A stretch of 51,912 bases of DNA from a virus (lineage: Duplodnaviria; Caudoviricetes). The position numbers were made by a program, and so were the translations under genes. The notes beneath the pieces were generated by a model, which had not been told where the DNA came from, ran no database searches, and worked only from the letters and a program-made list of their open reading frames with translations. The stretch spans positions 1-51,912 of the IMG/VR virus record IMGVR_UViG_3300026306_000001, one strand, 5' to 3'. The stretch's first letter is position 1; every line of letters starts with the position of its first letter. Positions 26,169-34,094 of this stretch are shown here, one piece after another.

Positions 26169-27146
26169 TCACGCACTCTGCGGATCGATGATCCAGCCCA
26201 ATACGACATTGATGTCTTTGCGATTGATTTGCTCGACCTTGGTTAGGCCAAACCGCTTTCTGAAGTCACCAATAGACAGCGCGGCATGTTCCATCTTGGC
26301 GGTAATCGTTTTTACGGTAGACGCCTCAATAGCCTCTGCCGGCGGAGCGAGCTCTAACGGTGTGCGCCCGGCCTTTTTCGCAGCCATCTCTTTCCCGTGT
26401 TTTGTGAAGGCCGTAACCGCGCTGTCGTAAAGTGAAGCGGGAAGGTTTTCGATCTTGTCGATCTGGTAATACTTCAAGAGTTTGGGGATGCTGGATTTGG
26501 TCTCTTTCGCGAGATCTGTCAGAGCTAAAACCTGCTCCTCGGTAATGGGTGTCTTCGGCGCATTGCCATCGTTATCCTCCTCGGTGATGGCGAGGTTGAA
26601 GATCATCCCAGCGAGATAACGCTTCCCGTAGGAAATGCCATTGCCCGTGGCGTGAGTCTTTGTCATGACGTCGCCACCCTTCGCACCCTTTCCGTCAGTT
26701 GGCATATCCAGATAGGGGTACTCAACGTGGCCGTCGCGATGCGCCACTCTACAAACAAGACGGATATTTTCAGGCGGAGCGCCCTCACCCTGCCTAAAAC
26801 TGAGCGAAAATCCGTGCTTCGTGTAAACCGGTCGGATCACCTTGTCTACAGCGTCATATTTCGCATATTTGCTGTGGGTTTGCGGATTGTTAGATTTGGC
26901 GATTATTTGACCCATTTCGCTTTGGGCTGCTGACATCGCGCTGGAATAAGCAGCTTCAGCTTCAGCTTTTTGGCGCTTCCAATAGACTTCTTCAACTTTG
27001 TCAATCAGGGCCAGCCGTTCAGTCAGCGTTAGGCCTTCAACTTTCATCGCCTCCGCGATCAACGGATTCGGCTCCGCCACAATCTTTCGCCCTTCGGGCT
27101 CAAGCAGCGGCGCGGTCTTCTCTCTTATTTCCATTTCGGTTTGCAT
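26169..27146 (-). CDS. ERF-family single-strand annealing protein
   Basis: SKYA, I.P...HGFS, H..GH, G..ISYGKRY...EDNDG motifs. Confidence 0.88.
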   Translation of the reverse strand: MQTEMEIREKTAPLLEPEGRKIVAEPNPLIAEAMKVEGLTLTERLALIDKVEEVYWKRQKAEAEAAYSSAMSAAQSEMGQIIAKSNNPQTHSKYAKYDAVDKVIRPVYTKHGFSLSFRQGEGAPPENIRLVCRVAHRDGHVEYPYLDMPTDGKGAKGGDVMTKTHATGNGISYGKRYLAGMIFNLAITEEDNDGNAPKTPITEEQVLALTDLAKETKSSIPKLLKYYQIDKIENLPASLYDSAVTAFTKHGKEMAAKKAGRTPLELAPPAEAIEASTVKTITAKMEHAALSIGDFRKRFGLTKVEQINRKDINVVLGWIIDPQSA

Positions 27147-27585
27147 AGTCTTTTTCCTTTTGTTCAAAGTACATTTCAGAGGGCAGGACTACGATTCCTG
27201 CGAATTCAGCGAGAAACTTGGCAGCGCGATCCAGATATTGCGCAAATTCTGCGGTGTCCATGTCGTGGGTGTCCGGCGCGACTTCCATGACTTCGCCGGT
27301 CGACTTGTTGATGATTTCCTTGAGACCAAGGACGTGCTTTTTCAACATCTCGTGGGCCTGTTCGGCGGTGATCCACGGCTCTCCGGTGTTCTCTCTCAGC
27401 CACTCAAGCCAGCCAGGAATGAAGGCTGCCCAGTAATATCCGTTAGCATTCAAAGAGCGCTTCTTCTTTCGAGGGCGCATCTCGAATTCCCATAGGCCAC
27501 TCATCGTCCCAATCTTCTGCATGAGCCTGCGCTTGTTGTGCAGACTGTCCATGTTCAAAACTAGAGGCGGCTCTTTGATTTTCAT
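27100..27585 (-). CDS. NinB/YbcN-like recombination accessory protein
   Basis: KRSLNANGYYW...HE.LK...T..M...EF..YL motif. Confidence 0.7.
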   Translation of the reverse strand: MKIKEPPLVLNMDSLHNKRRLMQKIGTMSGLWEFEMRPRKKKRSLNANGYYWAAFIPGWLEWLRENTGEPWITAEQAHEMLKKHVLGLKEIINKSTGEVMEVAPDTHDMDTAEFAQYLDRAAKFLAEFAGIVVLPSEMYFEQKEKDYANRNGNKREDRAAA

Positions 27586-27710
27586 GCCAGCCTCCCAACC
27601 GTTTTTCTCAGAACAGTCCAGAGATAGCAGCGCGCCCGTTCACGCAACGTCCCTGGCCGCGCAAACTTAGTGCTCAAACGAACCTGTATGGAGCTCGCGT
27701 AATACTTCAT
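27582..27710 (-). CDS. 42-aa hypothetical protein
   Basis: ATGA-coupled at both ends; not in the ORF track. Confidence 0.5.
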   Translation of the reverse strand: MKYYASSIQVRLSTKFARPGTLRERARCYLWTVLRKTVGRLA

Positions 27711-28138
27711 GCCGTGACTTCCGCCGGCCGAAAACTGGCCAGCAACTTTTGCAAGGCCTCGATTGCCTCAATAATTTCCCTTCGCTGTTCCGGCAAAGGC
27801 CTACCTTCCAAACGAGATCTCACGATGTCGGCAAATTCAGTAGCCGCACACCCTAAAAGGCCGTCCGAGCAATAGGCTTGAACCTCATCAGCCAACATCG
27901 GCTCAGCCACTGAACCCATGAAGATCCAAATCTGCCGCGCTGACTGCTTATTTACTTGAGAGATTTCGTTCAGGAAATGGAGGGCTTTAAAGACCGGACA
28001 TGGAGTATCTAAGTTGGGGTTAATTGCCTGTGATACCGCCGAAAATCCCACCCCTCGAAGTTGGGCCAGCTTTGCCCGATCCCCATGCTTCAGCGAATCG
28101 CTGACAACTACTTTGACTTCGTGCAGACTTGGTATCAC
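27707..28138 (-). CDS. CII-like transcriptional regulator
   Basis: HTH-like LAQLRGVGFSAVSQAINP, second gene of the leftward early operon. Confidence 0.55.
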   Translation of the reverse strand: MIPSLHEVKVVVSDSLKHGDRAKLAQLRGVGFSAVSQAINPNLDTPCPVFKALHFLNEISQVNKQSARQIWIFMGSVAEPMLADEVQAYCSDGLLGCAATEFADIVRSRLEGRPLPEQRREIIEAIEALQKLLASFRPAEVTA

Positions 28139-28289
28139 GGTTTACTAAACTCTTGCGGTTAATAACAGTTGACTGATTTGGCAGGTAAGACCATATTGCG
28201 GGCCTTCCTTGGTTCGGGCACTTCGGCTGAGGGAGAGCGTCAACGACGCTGGGAGTGAGGCGGCAACCCCACTCCCGAACATCCCCCTT

Positions 28290-28466
28290 TCAGGCCGCTT
28301 TCGCGGTCTCTTCTGATTCTTTGGCTTTGCGTACCAAGTCGATAATCACTTCGGGCACGCTGCGAAATCCGCCGCCCTTAGCTTTTTCGACTAGCCATCG
28401 ATCCAGAGAAACCGGGATGCGCACTCCCCTGTTATTCGTCGTCGGTTTTTTCTTTTCGTTCGCCAT
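28290..28466 (-). CDS. Cro-position ribbon-helix-helix protein
   Basis: RGVRIPVSLDRWLVEKA...SVPEVIIDLVR RHH pattern; ATG 28466 lies 9 nt after the -10 element. Confidence 0.7.
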   Translation of the reverse strand: MANEKKKPTTNNRGVRIPVSLDRWLVEKAKGGGFRSVPEVIIDLVRKAKESEETAKAA

Positions 28467-28475
28467 TGCGTGCGA

Positions 28476-28505
28476 ACGATAGCAGGTGCTAGCGACTGCT
28501 GTCAA
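28476..28505 (-). promoter_or_regulatory. leftward early promoter with operator O1
   Basis: TTGACA-18-TATCGT; GATAGCA-GG-TGCTAGC at 28478..28493. Confidence 0.75.
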
Positions 28506-28514
28506 GCAGATTTA

Positions 28515-28544
28515 TTGCGCACCATTCAAGGAGGTGTTTATGAT
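28515..28544 (+). promoter_or_regulatory. candidate PRM-like repressor promoter
   Basis: TTGCGC-18-TATGAT back-to-back with the leftward promoter; would favour ATG 28555. Confidence 0.4.
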
Positions 28545-28845
28545 CCGTTCCTCAATGCCCCCCAAAGACAACAAAGGATTTTTCATTCGACCGCCGCGCG
28601 AGCTCGTAAACCGGCTGGAAAAACTGGCCTTAGAGTTCAAAAAGCCCAGTGCCAATCAAGTTGCGGTCGAGGTAATTACTGAATACCTGGATTCGTGGGT
28701 TGAGATTGAGGAAGCCCGGCGCGGCGCTCTTTCTGCCCAGCAAGAGCGGTTTGAGCGCATCAAATCAGAAGTAATGCGCCAGCCTCTGCATGAAGCAAAA
28801 ACGGAAGCCGATGACAAGCCAATAGTAAGGAGGAAAACGCGATGA
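28540..28845 (+). CDS. repressor-position Arc/RHH protein with C-terminal coiled coil
   Basis: GFFIRPPRELVNRLEKLA...SANQVAVEVITEYL Arc-like pattern; start 28540 (GAGG RBS) or 28555. Confidence 0.7.
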   Translation: MIRSSMPPKDNKGFFIRPPRELVNRLEKLALEFKKPSANQVAVEVITEYLDSWVEIEEARRGALSAQQERFERIKSEVMRQPLHEAKTEADDKPIVRRKTR

Positions 28846-29222
28846 ATAATACTGCCCCCAAGCTGTATTCTTATGTTTACGCAGGATCGCCGGCCCCGCT
28901 CGGCGATGACAATGAATTGTTCGACTTAGCTACACACCTGATTAAAAACCCCCGAGATACCATGTTTGTGAAGGTCTGCGGGGATAGCATGATTGAAGCA
29001 AAAGTCTTCGATGGTGACATTTTGATCGTGGATCGGAAGGCCGAGCCATACCCTGACAGCATCGTTGTTGCCCAAACCGAAGATGGGTACACAGTAAAGA
29101 GGTTTGAGCGCCAGAGCGGACGGCTGCGCCTCGTCCCGGCCAACTCTGACCACGGCCCCGTAGAGATAACCGAGAATACCCGCATTTGTGGCGTCGCGAC
29201 CTTCGCGATACATCGCCTTTAG
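28842..29222 (+). CDS. stand-alone S24 autopeptidase, UmuD-like
   Basis: Ala-Gly cleavage site (VYAGSPAP), catalytic GDSM and TVKR, LVPAN; no DNA-binding domain; AAGGAGG RBS. Confidence 0.88.
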   Translation: MNNTAPKLYSYVYAGSPAPLGDDNELFDLATHLIKNPRDTMFVKVCGDSMIEAKVFDGDILIVDRKAEPYPDSIVVAQTEDGYTVKRFERQSGRLRLVPANSDHGPVEITENTRICGVATFAIHRL

Positions 29223-29243
29223 TTTCTAATTCAAACCGTTTCT

Positions 29244-29280
29244 AGGCCCGTTTCCGTCACCGGAGCGGGCCTTTATTTTT
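29244..29280 (+). terminator. intrinsic terminator closing the repressor-S24 operon
   Basis: AGGCCCGTTTCCG-TCAC-CGGAGCGGGCCT followed by TTATTTTT. Confidence 0.8.
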
Positions 29281-29320
29281 GCCTGCCTACGTCTCCCGAA
29301 AATAATTCTTACCGACCCTA

Positions 29321-29349
29321 TTGACAAGCTCGCTAGCAGGTGCTAGCAT
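29321..29349 (+). promoter_or_regulatory. rightward early promoter with operator O2
   Basis: TTGACA-17-TAGCAT; perfect GCTAGCA-GG-TGCTAGC at 29332..29347. Confidence 0.8.
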
Positions 29350-29357
29350 TTGCTTGC

Positions 29358-29645
29358 ATGGGAATCGCCAACAAGAACGCAGACGAGATACTTACCGAAT
29401 TCGCGGCAGGTGACCGCGACGGGCAAGGCCGTGCACATGCGGCGGTAACCCGCGCGTTGGCTAAAGGTGATCTGGTTCGACAATCGTGCGAGCGGTGCGG
29501 CAATGAAAAGACTGATGCCCACCACCCCGATTATTCCAAGCCTCTTGAAGTTATATGGCTTTGCCGATCTTGTCACAAAAAAGAGCATGCACGGCGCAAG
29601 CGAGAAGAGCCGCGTGGTCATTATGTGCGGATCAATAACAACTGA
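29358..29645 (+). CDS. small HNH-like Zn-finger protein
   Basis: CERCG...AHHPDYSKPLEVIWLCRSCH; ATG 8 nt after the -10 element. Confidence 0.8.
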   Translation: MGIANKNADEILTEFAAGDRDGQGRAHAAVTRALAKGDLVRQSCERCGNEKTDAHHPDYSKPLEVIWLCRSCHKKEHARRKREEPRGHYVRINNN

Positions 29646-29659
29646 GAATTAAAGGACAC

Positions 29660-30196
29660 ATGTATATGAACAGCGCAACACAAACCACCAACCCCGAAAC
29701 CTACCGCTTTAACGGCACCGACGGATGGGACGGCGAATACACGATCCAGCAGTTGCAACAGTTAGGCGTATTCGACCAAGACGAAGACGCTCCGGAAATC
29801 ACGCCCGAACGGCTGAGCGCTTTGAGCATTGGCGAGTCGCTGAGTGCGGGCGGTGGTGCGAGTCCACTGATTACGGTCACGCGCAATCCCGTGGCCACCG
29901 TCTATATCAATCCGACAACGCGCGAAGTCATGAACTGGTATGACGCCGGGCTCTGCTCGTGGTGCGGTCACAAGTGCGGCTCGGGATCCTGCAGGGCGCG
30001 CCGCTGTGATTGCTGTACCTCGACGTGGCTGGCCGATACGGAAGCTGACTATGACGAGTTCGATTCAGGCGGTCAGGCGACGGTAGCGCCACCCATGGAG
30101 GATTGCCCGCCCTGCGTTAAGTGGTTGGCGACCGCGCATCTTGAGAATCCGGCAGCGAGCTTTGCGCCCGGCGACTGGATGGAGGTGGCCGCGTAA
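29660..30196 (+). CDS. Cys-rich hypothetical protein
   Basis: AAGGA RBS; CSWCGHKC...C...CDCC cluster. Confidence 0.65.
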   Translation: MYMNSATQTTNPETYRFNGTDGWDGEYTIQQLQQLGVFDQDEDAPEITPERLSALSIGESLSAGGGASPLITVTRNPVATVYINPTTREVMNWYDAGLCSWCGHKCGSGSCRARRCDCCTSTWLADTEADYDEFDSGGQATVAPPMEDCPPCVKWLATAHLENPAASFAPGDWMEVAA

Positions 30197-30408
30197 TGCC
30201 GGGATGGAACATGCCAGCGGGTTGCACGGAAAACGATCCGTACTTTAACGACGAGAGCGAGCCGAGCGACGTTGAGGCTCACGAGCTTGAGTGCGGCTGC
30301 GTTGAATACAGCGATGGCGACAAGGCCATGTGCGCTGAGCATGACGCGGCATGGCAAGCACGGCAGGGGTTCCCTTATCGAAACACCCAACGCAAGGAGG
30401 CAGCGTGA
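30196..30408 (+). CDS. small acidic Cys-containing protein
   Basis: TAATG coupling, GGAGG RBS, NMPAGCT motif. Confidence 0.65.
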   Translation: MPGWNMPAGCTENDPYFNDESEPSDVEAHELECGCVEYSDGDKAMCAEHDAAWQARQGFPYRNTQRKEAA

Positions 30409-30500
30409 AAGACGAATCCCTACGTGATGTTCTATTAGCCTTCGCAGCTCTCATGCTTCTGATATTCGTTTACGGTTTGGCCGCCGCGTTGGCCCAGTGA
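30405..30500 (+). CDS. 31-aa single-TM peptide
   Basis: GTGA coupling, AAGGAGG RBS, MKDESLRDVLLAFAALMLLIFVYGLAAALAQ. Confidence 0.6.
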   Translation: MKDESLRDVLLAFAALMLLIFVYGLAAALAQ

Positions 30501-30507
30501 AAACGAA

Positions 30508-30822
30508 ATGATCAATCTTTCAGAAATCCAGGAACCTTCGGCGCACGTTCGCACCCGTGCCTTGAACATGCTCGTTCAGAGACGCGGCTTGAATGAGTGG
30601 CGTGTCTCACCCAAAGAAGGCAAGCGCAACAGCAAATTAGTTCGCTTCTCAAAGCGCGGTCAATGGGTTGTTACTTGTGAAGGCTTCCACGACGGCACGC
30701 CCTGCGAAGCTAATCACTTCGGGATTCTTTGCTCGCACGTCTGGGCCGTAGCGAGACGGATTCAAATCAACGAGACACGAAGACGCAACAAACAAACGCA
30801 CGAGCGCCCGCTCGCTGCTTAA
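30508..30822 (+). CDS. SWIM zinc-finger-like protein
   Basis: TC...C.......CSHVWAV motif. Confidence 0.6.
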   Translation: MINLSEIQEPSAHVRTRALNMLVQRRGLNEWRVSPKEGKRNSKLVRFSKRGQWVVTCEGFHDGTPCEANHFGILCSHVWAVARRIQINETRRRNKQTHERPLAA

Positions 30823-30831
30823 AGGAGAATC

Positions 30832-31722
30832 ATGATCCAAATACGGAACCGATGGACCGGAGAGGTCATCCATACTGACGAACAAGCCGAGACGTTACGC
30901 GACGCCGTCATAAGAGCAATTGCAAATAGAGCGAACCTGGGCGCCGCGGACCTGCGCGACGCGAACCTGAGCGCCGCGAACCTGCGCGACGCGGACCTGC
31001 GCGACGCGGACCTGCGCGACGCGAACCTGCGCGACGCGAACCTGAGCGACGCGGACCTGCGCGACGCGAACCTGCGCGACGCGGACCTGCGCGACGCGGA
31101 CCTGCGCGACGCGAACCTGAGCGCCGCGAACCTGCGCGACGCGGACCTGCGCGACGCGAACCTGCGCGACGCGAACCTGAGCGACGCGGACCTGCGCGAC
31201 GCGAACCTGCGCGACGCGGACCTGCGCGACGCGAACCTGCGCGACGCGGACCTGCGCGACGCGAACCTGCGCGACGCGAACCTGCGCGACGCGAACCTGA
31301 GCGCCGCGAACCTGCGCGACGCCATAGGTGTTGACCTGACTGGGGCTGACACCGGCAATTTGTCAGAGGCCGAATACTTGCGAATACGAGACGAGTTCCG
31401 AGCCCGTCACCCGGAAGTACCGATCGTGCCTCAGCTTGACGCCACAATTTGCGACATCGTTGACGGGGGGAAAGGCTCACTGGATATGGGCGGTTGGCAC
31501 CAATGTCAAACGTCGCATTGTCGCGCCGGCTGGGCTATTCATCTCGCTGGCGAGGCGGGATATGCACTTGAGGCCCGCTTTGGCCCGGAGCGTGCCGGCG
31601 GAATGATTTATAGAGCCTCGACCGGACGTTGGCCGAACTTCTTTGCCGATACTGAGACCGCACTCAAAGACATCTGCGCGTGGGGTGAAAAAGAGAAGGC
31701 ACAAATCGCCGCTCAGGCGTAA
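30832..31722 (+). CDS. pentapeptide-repeat protein with C-terminal Cys/His domain
   Basis: 26 A(N/D)L(R/S/G)(D/A) repeats; C-terminal WHQCQTSHCRAGW; AAGGAG RBS. Confidence 0.92.
   Translation: MIQIRNRWTGEVIHTDEQAETLRDAVIRAIANRANLGAADLRDANLSAANLRDADLRDADLRDANLRDANLSDADLRDANLRDADLRDADLRDANLSAANLRDADLRDANLRDANLSDADLRDANLRDADLRDANLRDADLRDANLRDANLRDANLSAANLRDAIGVDLTGADTGNLSEAEYLRIRDEFRARHPEVPIVPQLDATICDIVDGGKGSLDMGGWHQCQTSHCRAGWAIHLAGEAGYALEARFGPERAGGMIYRASTGRWPNFFADTETALKDICAWGEKEKAQIAAQA
30931..31320 (+). repeat. 26 x 15-bp tandem repeat GCGRACCTGMGCGMC
   Basis: Directly visible; variation confined to three positions per unit. Confidence 0.97.
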
Positions 31723-31727
31723 TCCAG

Positions 31728-32126
31728 GTGATCAAGACGGCCCCAAAACCACCTCGGCAAAAGTCGGTACGAGATATCGAGGAAGATCTCGATCGCATCA
31801 CGAGCCTTATTGTTCGCGCGCGCAATCCCTACTGTGTTTTATGTGCCTCAATTCTCAAGTTGGAATGCGGTCACTTCTTCCCGCGATTCTTCCGGCCGGT
31901 CCGCTGGGAGTTTCTCAACCTGGCCACTCTCTGCCATCGCTGCAATCAGATCCATGAGTTCAATCCAAAGCCTTATCGAAATTGGTTGCTTGAACAGTTA
32001 GGTCAAGCCGAGTTCGATGATCTCGAGCGCATGGCCCACTCAAGCAGAGTATTTCGGTATTCGGAATTAGTCGATCTCCTGGCTGAACGGAAACAGGTTT
32101 ATGAAATGGAGCGACGGGCAGCGTAA
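31728..32126 (+). CDS. NinG/Rap-like HNH recombination nuclease
   Basis: LD......VR.R...CVLC...ECGHF..R....RW...N....CHRCN motif. Confidence 0.8.
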   Translation: MIKTAPKPPRQKSVRDIEEDLDRITSLIVRARNPYCVLCASILKLECGHFFPRFFRPVRWEFLNLATLCHRCNQIHEFNPKPYRNWLLEQLGQAEFDDLERMAHSSRVFRYSELVDLLAERKQVYEMERRAA

Positions 32127-33805
32127 TGGATCTATGTGTTGATAACTTTGCGGGCGGCGGTGGCGCCAGCTTGGGAATAGAAAAGGCGCTGATGCGTCCT
32201 GTGGATGTTGCGATTAACCATAACTGGAAGGCGATCGCTATGCACCAGGCTAACCACCCTCGTACCAAACACATGACTGAAGACGTTTGGCACGTGGATC
32301 CAATGTCGCTGCTTCGCGGCCGCCGCATGGGAGTAGGATGGTTCTCGCCTGACTGCACATTCTATTCTAAGGCTCGCGGCGGCGCGCCGTTTCGAGATCC
32401 AAACCTAGCCCGGCGGGTGCGCGGCCTCGCGGCGGTAGTGATCCGATACGCCAAACTGCCGAAGTCTATTCGTCCTCGGTTGATCATCCTGGAAAACGTT
32501 GAGGAGTTTAGGGACTGGGGTCCACTACTCGCAGACGGTAAGCCTGATCCAGCGCGCAAAGGCCAGTCGTTTAGACGATGGTGGAGTCAATTGCGGAATC
32601 TTGGTTATAACATGGAGATGCGCGAGTTGCGCGCGTCACCCTACGGGACTCCAACCTGGCGTAAGCGATTATTTATCATCATGCGCTGCGACGGCGAACC
32701 GATTGTCTGGCCTGTTGGGGAGTTTGGTCCGGCAATGGAGCAACCTTACCGCACCGCTGCAGATTGTGTGGATTGGGACCTGCCGATCCCTTCAATCTTC
32801 ATGACGAAAGAGCAAGCGAAGATATGGGGGAAGATCCACAACTGCCGACCGCCCAAGCGTCCATTGGTTGATGCTACGTTGCGACGTCTGGCCCGGGGGA
32901 CCATGCGGTATGTGGTCAACAATCCTCGGCCCTTTATCGTTCCCGTCACCCATCAGGGTTCGGACCGTATTCATGATATCGATGAGCCTTTCCGTACGAT
33001 TACCGGTGCGCACCGTGGCGAACTTGCCCTGGCTATGCCCTTTATCACCGAACACGCAAATTCAAGTTGGCAGCGCAACTTCCCAGCTAACGAACCGATG
33101 CGAACCCAGTGCGCTGAGGTCAAGGGAGGACACTTCGCTTTGGTGTCAGCTTTTCTGGCGCGTCATTATGGAGGTCATGAGAACGACGGTTCCGATATGC
33201 GCGATCCTTTCCATACGATCACGAGTCAGGATCACCATGCTTTGGTGGCTGCCCATGTGCAGCGAGACTTTGGCAACAGCATCGGCCAACAAATAGATCT
33301 ACCGCTGGGAGCGATCACGAGCAATGGAGGAGGCAAGGCCGCGGTGATTGCGTCTCACATCATTAAACTAAAAGGGACTTGCCGCGATGGCCAGCCAATG
33401 GATGAGCCTCTAGACACGATTCAAGCTGGCGGACTTCATTACGGCCGGGTGCATGCCTTTCTAACGAAATACTACGGCACCGAACAAGATCCACGGCTTG
33501 AATTGCCCCTCGGGACCGTTACCACGAAGGACCGATTTGGATTGGTAACTGCCTACGGGGAGCGGTATGCCCTGTACGATCTTGGGATGAGGATGTTTAC
33601 CCCGCGTGAGTTGTTCCGGGCCCAGGGCTTCGATGAAGACTACATAATCGACCCGCTTGTTGAAACTCAACGAGGCTCGGGGGTTTTCAAGCCAATGACA
33701 GCAACCGACCAGATCCGAATGTGCGGCAATAGTGTTTGCCCTCCGGTCGCCGAAGCTCTAGTTGCAGCAAACTACCGAGAAGGCAGAATTGAGATCGCCG
33801 CGTGA
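32126..33805 (+). CDS. DNA cytosine-5 methyltransferase
   Basis: DNFAGGGGAS, SPDC, ENV, R.R and GNSV motifs; repetitive P..TIT variable region. Confidence 0.93.
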   Translation: MDLCVDNFAGGGGASLGIEKALMRPVDVAINHNWKAIAMHQANHPRTKHMTEDVWHVDPMSLLRGRRMGVGWFSPDCTFYSKARGGAPFRDPNLARRVRGLAAVVIRYAKLPKSIRPRLIILENVEEFRDWGPLLADGKPDPARKGQSFRRWWSQLRNLGYNMEMRELRASPYGTPTWRKRLFIIMRCDGEPIVWPVGEFGPAMEQPYRTAADCVDWDLPIPSIFMTKEQAKIWGKIHNCRPPKRPLVDATLRRLARGTMRYVVNNPRPFIVPVTHQGSDRIHDIDEPFRTITGAHRGELALAMPFITEHANSSWQRNFPANEPMRTQCAEVKGGHFALVSAFLARHYGGHENDGSDMRDPFHTITSQDHHALVAAHVQRDFGNSIGQQIDLPLGAITSNGGGKAAVIASHIIKLKGTCRDGQPMDEPLDTIQAGGLHYGRVHAFLTKYYGTEQDPRLELPLGTVTTKDRFGLVTAYGERYALYDLGMRMFTPRELFRAQGFDEDYIIDPLVETQRGSGVFKPMTATDQIRMCGNSVCPPVAEALVAANYREGRIEIAA

Positions 33806-33888
33806 GCGTCGCCAGGCTCTAAAGACCCGCCACACGGCTTGTCCCGTTGATAAAAATTCTGCATTGACTCAGGGGTTACGATCAAGGC

Positions 33889-34038
33889 ATGGCAAACGAT
33901 CAACCTGAACCCAACGACCAGCCAACCCAACCAGTCTACGCACCAATTGACCGGGAAGAATTGAGAGAGTTAATCAAGCGGTATGACGTAGGGCTACCAG
34001 CGAGAGAACCTAAGTGGGAATCCTTTTGGCCGTGCTGA
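33889..34038 (+). CDS. 49-aa hypothetical protein, leaderless
   Basis: TACGAT 6 nt before the ATG; MANDQPEPND...WESFWPC. Confidence 0.45.
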   Translation: MANDQPEPNDQPTQPVYAPIDREELRELIKRYDVGLPAREPKWESFWPC

Positions 34039-34094
34039 CTATTGGATTGCAACGCCGTATTACAATTATAGTAGCCGGAAAGGGCCAAAAGAGA

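Noticed and set aside
28826-28845. Programmed frameshift fusing RHH and S24 into one CI-like protein
   Set aside because: No canonical slippery heptamer, and the S24 gene has its own strong AAGGAGG SD and ATGA coupling.
30819-31480. Antisense repeat ORFs (ASRRF..., AGSRR...) and a possible CRISPR-like array
   Set aside because: By-products of the stop-free 15-bp coding repeat; units are contiguous with no unique spacers.
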